Assembly: GCA_000091205.1 (NCBI GenBank)
Contig: AP006492.2
DNA from: Cyanidioschyzon merolae
Lineage: Eukaryota
Length of the DNA: 64,000 bases
Reading direction: 5' to 3' (one strand)
Within the stretch, counting starts at the first letter, position 1. Each line of letters begins with the position of its first letter. A model generated the notes under the pieces. That model was not told the DNA's origin. It was given only the letters and a program-made list of their open reading frames with translations, and made no database searches. Positions 58,091 through 64,000 of the stretch are shown piece after piece. Both the position numbers and the translations under genes were made by a program.

Positions 58091-61000
58091 ATGCAGGTGA
58101 GGCCGCTCCCTGATCTCGCTCGTGAGCTTCACGCTTCCCAAGTGCGGGTCGTGGTTCGCGCGCTGCAAGAGCTCTGGGTAGAGCACGGCGCTCTCGGTGA
58201 CTGTTCTGCAACCGCCGAAGATCTTGCTGCTATTCTAGTAGAAGAGATAGGTGCTCGCGATGTCGATTTTGATGTGGAAACGTTGGAATCAGAGAGCGCT
58301 GGTAGCGCGGACGTCGACTCGGACGAGCTGCTCGAGGGCCTTCGCGCGCTCCGCGAAGCCAAACGAAAGGTTGCACTAGCGAAACAAGGGGAAGAGCGTT
58401 CCTTAGAAAACGTTGATGCTGAGCATTTTTCAGAGCGAGCCGAAGAGCTCGTGGTATTCCTTCTAAACGAAGTCAGTCGCGAACGTCTTGGTCACTCGCT
58501 GGCAAAGAGGAGCGCTTTGGAGACCCAGCGTGCTGAGAGCGGAGTCCCAGCGGACGCGCACCAAACTCACCGGGCAGGCCATGCGTTCTTCAATCTTGTC
58601 CTAGCTCTCTACACCGCTGTGATGCTCAGAAGTGAGCGCTCAAAGACGAGGCATCTCGGCTGTCTGCTGCTCGCACGACTGCCAGTACGGGCAGCAATGA
58701 CCGCCCTGGCGCTTGACCGAGGCAAGGTCGTTGCGATTCTGCTTCGAGAACACAGCTTTCTGCGCAAGGCGGCAGCAAGAGCGTTGAGTACGCTCCTACT
58801 GCGGTTCGTGGATGTCGTGTCTGGCGCAAATGCGGCAAAGCCTAGTCAGTTCGAGGACGTCGACTCGATATGGCTGCGACGATTGCGCTATGATCAACAC
58901 TTCTTACGGACGCTTGCAACTGTGTTTCGCGGTCTCGTCATCGCGCTCGAAGACCCAGATGATGAGGTCTTCGCCGAATCCCTCCTCGGACTTGTGCGTT
59001 TGTGTCGAGGTCGACCAGAGGGAGCGGAAAGCGCGCGATCTCCCCTGGGGCTCCATTGTTTCGAGATTCTGGATGCGTCTGGTGCCGCGATTATTGCCCG
59101 CTTTTATCAAACATCGGACCCTGAGCTGAAAAGCACGATATTGAGAGAGCTCCCTGGTTTTATCGCACTGAGCCTTGACCGCCACAAGCAGGGCAGCAAT
59201 GCTGCCGGAAAGACAGCACCGCGCGCTGCACCACCACAGACCAAAAGGAAGGTCTCGTGTGCGGTCGATCCCGGAGCAGGCCCAGCGCCGGAGGCCGACG
59301 ATCTCTGGGCGCTATCTTTCGTGAGAGAGTTCTGCATGCCCATGTTGAAGCTGGAGCGGAACCTCGTGCGTCTTGAGGATGAGGCAGCTGCTGAGACAAA
59401 CGCGTCGCATGGCAGCGGATCCCAGCCCAAATCGCATCGCCACACGAAAGCTACGGAACGGAACGAGTCCGTCTGGCGGGCTGTAGTTGTATTTCTTCTG
59501 GAGTTGGCGTGCCTGACTCGCAACAGGGACGTCCAGGATTTGCTTGCCTCGGAACTTCCAGCATTGCAGGTAGCACTGTCTCAGCGGGAACTCTCCTCAG
59601 GTCTGTCTGCGTACCTTTTTCGCAGTCTGCTTTCGGCGTCGATGGAGCTCTTGCCTACCCCAGAGGGCCAGTACCGATTTCTGTTGAAGGAGCTGGAGCT
59701 GTGGCCAAGACGACCGCGTTCGTGTCAAACTCGAGCGAATTTGATGCTCCTGGTCTCCCTAACCATGGATTGCGCCTATCGCTTTCCCTCTGGGCGCGTT
59801 GAAAACGGAGCACCTTTTGGCGCTTCGGCCAGCGCCTTCACGGATGTACCCAGTATCTGCCGAGCGCTGTTCCCGCCACTTCGGAGGAACCTCCTGGACA
59901 GTCACCTTGTTCGTGAATCAGACTGGAATCGTCTCCGGGACACCCTGTTCTGCGCAATGACCGTGGTTTGCGCGAGACTACATACTTCGCTCTGCGGTAC
60001 GGGGCAACAGGCATTCGATACCAATCGGGCACATACGAACCCTTCAGGTCAACAGGTTGACCTGCTGTCAGAGGCTCGCTGCCATGAGCTCACCACAACT
60101 CTCCATTTCCTGAGCAATTTTCGCGAGATTGTTTTTCGTTACCACGGGCTGAGTGCTCAGTACGGTGATTTCATGGCAGCGCTGATATGTTTGGCTCTGC
60201 AGGCCGTCTTCTACCAGCGCGGCGTGCCGTTGGCGCTCCAGCAAGTCGCCATTGGCTTCATGACGGAGACGCTTCGTGACTGCGCAAGGCACGTGGCCTC
60301 GCCGACTGCTCTGAAAATCTTCTCTCGAGGCATATGCTGTGCTCTGCCCTTACTGCCACCATTCGAGGCAGAAAACGAGTTGTATGATATGCTGGTGATT
60401 TTCCTTGAGCAGGCAGTGGCTCGTGCCTCAGCGCTTCCGGTGCAACGTCGAGTCTGGAGATCGTCGACAGGCGTGCTCCGTTTTGAGACTTGTGCTCCCG
60501 TCCGAGCATGGCAAAGCGCCGAAACTGTCGAATTAAGCGGTTCCGCCCTGTCTCCCGATGAAAACAAGACAGGCGCGGGAGACCCACTGCTGCAGATGCT
60601 CCTTGATGCTGGTCAAAGCCCGCAGATGCTACTCAGAAAAGCCACAAGCGGCGCAACGGCACCGAATGCGAACCCTGGTGAGCGCAAAGTGCACGCCGCG
60701 CGGCACTCGATTCCGAGTTTACTGCTTGACTCGGACGAGGAAACAAATCTCGAGGAGAAGAACCCTGCAGACGAGAGGCAGGTACCGCTGCGTACGCTGA
60801 TATCCGAAGCAGCCCCAATGCTCTACGACACCCAAACCGGCACCGAATATGCGGAATTCGTACGGCGAACGAACCTCGAGCTCATCGGATCTATTTTCGA
60901 GATGCAGAAGCGCTTTCCGGGAGCGAACTCGCGGGCGCTACGAACGTATGTGCAGCTAGCTGTACTGCAGATTGAGCTCTTAGCAGAGAGTCCCAGTCGA

Positions 61001-62443
61001 GCCTACCGTGATGACGTTTTTCTTGATGTGGCCGCAGCAGCTGACAGCCAGTTGCGTTTCCTGCGCATTGGGGAATACGCTACCCCTGAATCCCGGGATG
61101 CACTCCTGCGGCGAGTCGCTACCAAGGATGACACTCAACTGCAAGCGTTCCTAATTGTGAATGGCGGTCAGGCACGTCCGCTTGTCGCAGCGCATATCAC
61201 GGATGCTGTGGTGGACGTAGTGCGCGCGCTGTTACTCCACGAGCACCTCTTGATGCAATGTGTTCCTGATGCCCTACGCAAGGCGACCGTCTCGGAAGTG
61301 AATGGGCTGGAACGGAGCTGGGTCACGCGCCAGCCGTCCGTCGCTGCGTTTATAGAACGTTTCCTGGCATTCGTTTGGCCGCGCGTATCGACTGGTCCAG
61401 CACCAGGGACACCTGCGCCAGCCGTACAACTCTGCGGTGACCATGGGCCGCTGCGCATTCAGGCGCACTATACTCTGGATCATCGAGCAGGTCTTGTGCG
61501 TTTGGTCCTTGATGTTGAGTATCAAGAGGATGCTTGCGGTTTTGCGGATATTCGCATCGGTTTCTGCGGAGACGGTGATTCGAGCGATTCCAGCGACACA
61601 GCATCCTCGGCAAGCGCTGACGCTGTGAAATCGCCAGCCGACGCTGGCTGGCTGCAGGTCCCCGAACAGTACCAGTATCGATTCTTCCTGCGGCAAAGTG
61701 CTACGTTGCAGGTGCCGCTTCCCTTGCGCCGTGGTGTCTACTACGTCGAACCGATTCGGGTTCGAGTCTGGTGGCGTCCGTGTGATAGCCTCGCGAACAT
61801 GTTCGTGACCGAGTCGTCGAATGGAACGGACGCTGCAGTGCCCGTTGTTGGTGTCGATGATTATCAAACTCGAGCTGCTGCCGCTGTGGCAGTTTGGCAA
61901 TGCAGGACAGCGATGCCGATGGCGCTCGGTGAAGTACCTGTAACGCCGTCGCGCTTACTCCTGTTTTCTCCATTGGACACGGGTACGGGTGCGTCGTCCC
62001 TTGAGTTTTGCTACGGACTCTGGGATCGCTGTCCGGCTGGGCGGGCTGCGGCCATGGCGCCCGCCGAAACCTCTCTGCCAGCAGTGTCGCGCTCCTATCT
62101 ATGGGTCCATTACCTGCTCAGATTTCTGGAGACCACCTTCAGTTTCAGAACCATGGCGAAAGCTCCAGACTCTGAGCCACAATACGCGGTCTTGTACGCT
62201 CGTTCTCGAGTGCACGGGTACAGCGTTCTGATGCGCCTGGAGGCACCGCTGGACACAGCCTTGCAAGGCACAGGGTCACCGCGCGATTTAGAGCCCGGGA
62301 TGCGACCGTGGATACTGATGCATCTGCGCTCTGAGGATGCGCTCTTTCTCGACGTATTCTATGGTCATTTGGTGAATGCGCTACGGCACTGGGAGCTACC
62401 TCTCGACGTCCGGGAACACGACGAGCGCTCCATCATGAGCTGA
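58091..62443 (+). CDS. Large hypothetical protein (1450 aa), Leu/Ala-rich and probably helical-repeat; unknown function
   Basis: An uninterrupted 4.35-kb ORF with non-repetitive, protein-like composition. I recognised no motif. Confidence 0.45.
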   Translation: MQVRPLPDLARELHASQVRVVVRALQELWVEHGALGDCSATAEDLAAILVEEIGARDVDFDVETLESESAGSADVDSDELLEGLRALREAKRKVALAKQGEERSLENVDAEHFSERAEELVVFLLNEVSRERLGHSLAKRSALETQRAESGVPADAHQTHRAGHAFFNLVLALYTAVMLRSERSKTRHLGCLLLARLPVRAAMTALALDRGKVVAILLREHSFLRKAAARALSTLLLRFVDVVSGANAAKPSQFEDVDSIWLRRLRYDQHFLRTLATVFRGLVIALEDPDDEVFAESLLGLVRLCRGRPEGAESARSPLGLHCFEILDASGAAIIARFYQTSDPELKSTILRELPGFIALSLDRHKQGSNAAGKTAPRAAPPQTKRKVSCAVDPGAGPAPEADDLWALSFVREFCMPMLKLERNLVRLEDEAAAETNASHGSGSQPKSHRHTKATERNESVWRAVVVFLLELACLTRNRDVQDLLASELPALQVALSQRELSSGLSAYLFRSLLSASMELLPTPEGQYRFLLKELELWPRRPRSCQTRANLMLLVSLTMDCAYRFPSGRVENGAPFGASASAFTDVPSICRALFPPLRRNLLDSHLVRESDWNRLRDTLFCAMTVVCARLHTSLCGTGQQAFDTNRAHTNPSGQQVDLLSEARCHELTTTLHFLSNFREIVFRYHGLSAQYGDFMAALICLALQAVFYQRGVPLALQQVAIGFMTETLRDCARHVASPTALKIFSRGICCALPLLPPFEAENELYDMLVIFLEQAVARASALPVQRRVWRSSTGVLRFETCAPVRAWQSAETVELSGSALSPDENKTGAGDPLLQMLLDAGQSPQMLLRKATSGATAPNANPGERKVHAARHSIPSLLLDSDEETNLEEKNPADERQVPLRTLISEAAPMLYDTQTGTEYAEFVRRTNLELIGSIFEMQKRFPGANSRALRTYVQLAVLQIELLAESPSRAYRDDVFLDVAAAADSQLRFLRIGEYATPESRDALLRRVATKDDTQLQAFLIVNGGQARPLVAAHITDAVVDVVRALLLHEHLLMQCVPDALRKATVSEVNGLERSWVTRQPSVAAFIERFLAFVWPRVSTGPAPGTPAPAVQLCGDHGPLRIQAHYTLDHRAGLVRLVLDVEYQEDACGFADIRIGFCGDGDSSDSSDTASSASADAVKSPADAGWLQVPEQYQYRFFLRQSATLQVPLPLRRGVYYVEPIRVRVWWRPCDSLANMFVTESSNGTDAAVPVVGVDDYQTRAAAAVAVWQCRTAMPMALGEVPVTPSRLLLFSPLDTGTGASSLEFCYGLWDRCPAGRAAAMAPAETSLPAVSRSYLWVHYLLRFLETTFSFRTMAKAPDSEPQYAVLYARSRVHGYSVLMRLEAPLDTALQGTGSPRDLEPGMRPWILMHLRSEDALFLDVFYGHLVNALRHWELPLDVREHDERSIMS

Positions 62444-62965
62444 CGCCCCGGCAACGAGTGCCCGACTTGTGATTGCACCGCTCGCGATGCTTTGTGCTTC
62501 ATGGTAAGCAGAAAGGACGCACTTGCGCCCCGGCAGTCATGATACTGCGCAGTGCAGTGCAGTGCAGTCGATATGCGCATGGCGTTTGTTGCGTAGCTGC
62601 CTGCGGCACTGGAGCGCGGTGCATACGCCTGCGTGTCGTCGTTGGGCAGCACGCAGCGGTTATGTAAATCTGGACTTTATTGGACACGATGTGCATGGTA
62701 CACGATTTTCATGGTGTGTCTAGTTTAAAACCAAAATATACAGCTCTTTGCCGCGCGTCGCCACCCGATCCGACGGGCGGCGACGCACATCATCTTCCGC
62801 CCTGAAGAAATAGCCGACTCTGGCAGCTGCGTTCTTGGTACGCAACTCCTGCACGGCGGATACGCTTGGTGTTGACGTGGAGCTATCGCCGGGGGGCGCT
62901 CGAGTGCACCTTAGAAGCAGCGACTGCGTGCGGCGTGTGCGCGCTTTGCAGCATTTTGCAGCGCC

Positions 62966-63547
62966 ATGGGCAAATCATACCGGAACTTTTCTAAAGTCTA
63001 TAAGATCCCGCGACGGCCGTTCGAGAAAGAACGCCTTGACGCGGAGCTCAAGCTCTGTGGTGAGTACGGCCTCCGCAATAAGCGCGAAGTATGGCGGGTT
63101 CAGTACGCGCTTTCGAAGATCCGGGCAGCCGCCCGGGAGCTTTTGACAAAAGATGAAAAAGATGAGCGACGCATCGTCGAGGGCGCTGCCCTGCTCCGTC
63201 GCTTGACGCGGTACGGTTTATTGGACCAGACGCAACAGGATCTCAACTACGTTTTATCGCTCAAAGTTCAAGACTTTTTAGAACGTCGACTACAGACGCA
63301 GGTGTTCAAGTTAGGGCTGGCAAAGTCTATTCACCACGCACGCGTTTTGATTCTGCAGCGGCATATCCGCGTTGGCAAACAGCTAGTGACAGTTCCTAGT
63401 TTCATGGTGCGCGTTGACTCCCAGAAACATATCGACTTTGCGCCAACGTCACCGTTCGGAGGTGGTCGTCCAGGTCGCGTCAAGCGTCGCCGTTTGCGGC
63501 GAGAGTCCAGTGGCGATGCTGGCGACGCCGCCGACGACGACGAGTAA
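62966..63547 (+). CDS. RPS9: 40S ribosomal protein S9 (uS4), complete single exon with an acidic C-terminal tail
   Basis: [39 protein letters not shown]...[49 protein letters not shown]...[12 protein letters not shown] is canonical uS4. Confidence 0.95.
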   Translation: MGKSYRNFSKVYKIPRRPFEKERLDAELKLCGEYGLRNKREVWRVQYALSKIRAAARELLTKDEKDERRIVEGAALLRRLTRYGLLDQTQQDLNYVLSLKVQDFLERRLQTQVFKLGLAKSIHHARVLILQRHIRVGKQLVTVPSFMVRVDSQKHIDFAPTSPFGGGRPGRVKRRRLRRESSGDAGDAADDDE

Positions 63548-64000
63548 CACGACACGTTCAGCACTGGATGCGGTTCCGTGTGTGAGTGTGAGTGTAAGTG
63601 TGTGTGTGTGCGGGCGGGCGTAAGCTTCGGATTCCATGATGTTCCGCGCGTCCTCCGTTGTTGCATGTGGCTGTGTACGTGTTTTGAAGGGCGTAAACTG
63701 CGGATTCCACGATGTTCCGCGCGTCTTCATCTCTTGACGGTTGACGATGCAGTCCCTGCTGCACCTGGTCGATGCGGTCGATCGAGGTTGCTCGCCTCCG
63801 GGTCCGATGTCCAGGAGAAGCTCCAGGGTTGCGTTCCCCACGCGCAGTTGTCGATAGCGCTCGGGGACACCAGCGCACCCGACTGGCAACATGGGGCCGT
63901 TTCTGGAACGTCTCTGCATCTGCATGCCACAAACAGATGGGCGAACCCAACCTCCAGACCTTTGACGTCGCGCTGAGCGCTCATCGAGGCGAGCGGCGAA

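Overview
This is GC-rich (estimated by eye at roughly 55-60 %), gene-dense nuclear DNA from a microbial eukaryote. Every recognisable protein gene reads as one uninterrupted ORF, so the genome appears intron-poor.

Several products are plastid-associated: a PAP/fibrillin protein, Tic22, ferredoxin-type sulfite reductase and a DUF3411/RETICULATA-like envelope protein. Together with a circularly permuted tRNA gene and a divergent pair of small heat-shock genes, this suggests a plastid-bearing alga with red-alga (Cyanidioschyzon)-like genome architecture. That assignment is inference only.

Genes I can support, in order along the window:
- PAP/fibrillin
- prolyl-tRNA synthetase
- formate-tetrahydrofolate ligase
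- two divergently transcribed sHSP20 genes sharing an HSE-bearing promoter
- AP-1 mu adaptin
- an acidic Ser-rich protein
- a DUF3411 protein carrying a poly-Gly run
- Tic22
- a permuted tRNA-Leu(CAG)
- a PSMG2/PAC2-like chaperone
- a cyclin-like protein
- an F-box protein
- RPL10 (uL16) and RPL15 (eL15), head-to-head
- MBF1
- a Sec13-family WD40 protein with a ~400-aa Pro/Gln-rich tail
- TMCO1
- a DUF427 protein
- ferredoxin-sulfite reductase with an RHH-like C-terminal tail
- NOB1
- a 1450-aa orphan protein
- RPS9 (uS4)

Structural highlights:
- A 2.58-kb perfect-ish inverted repeat pair (31708-34283 and 48372-50949) brackets a 14-kb block of housekeeping genes.
- At least three or four decayed copies of a TnpB/Fanzor-like RuvC nuclease element are present.
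- Two satellite-like tandem arrays occur, with 158-bp and 103-bp units.
- Numerous microsatellites are scattered through the window.
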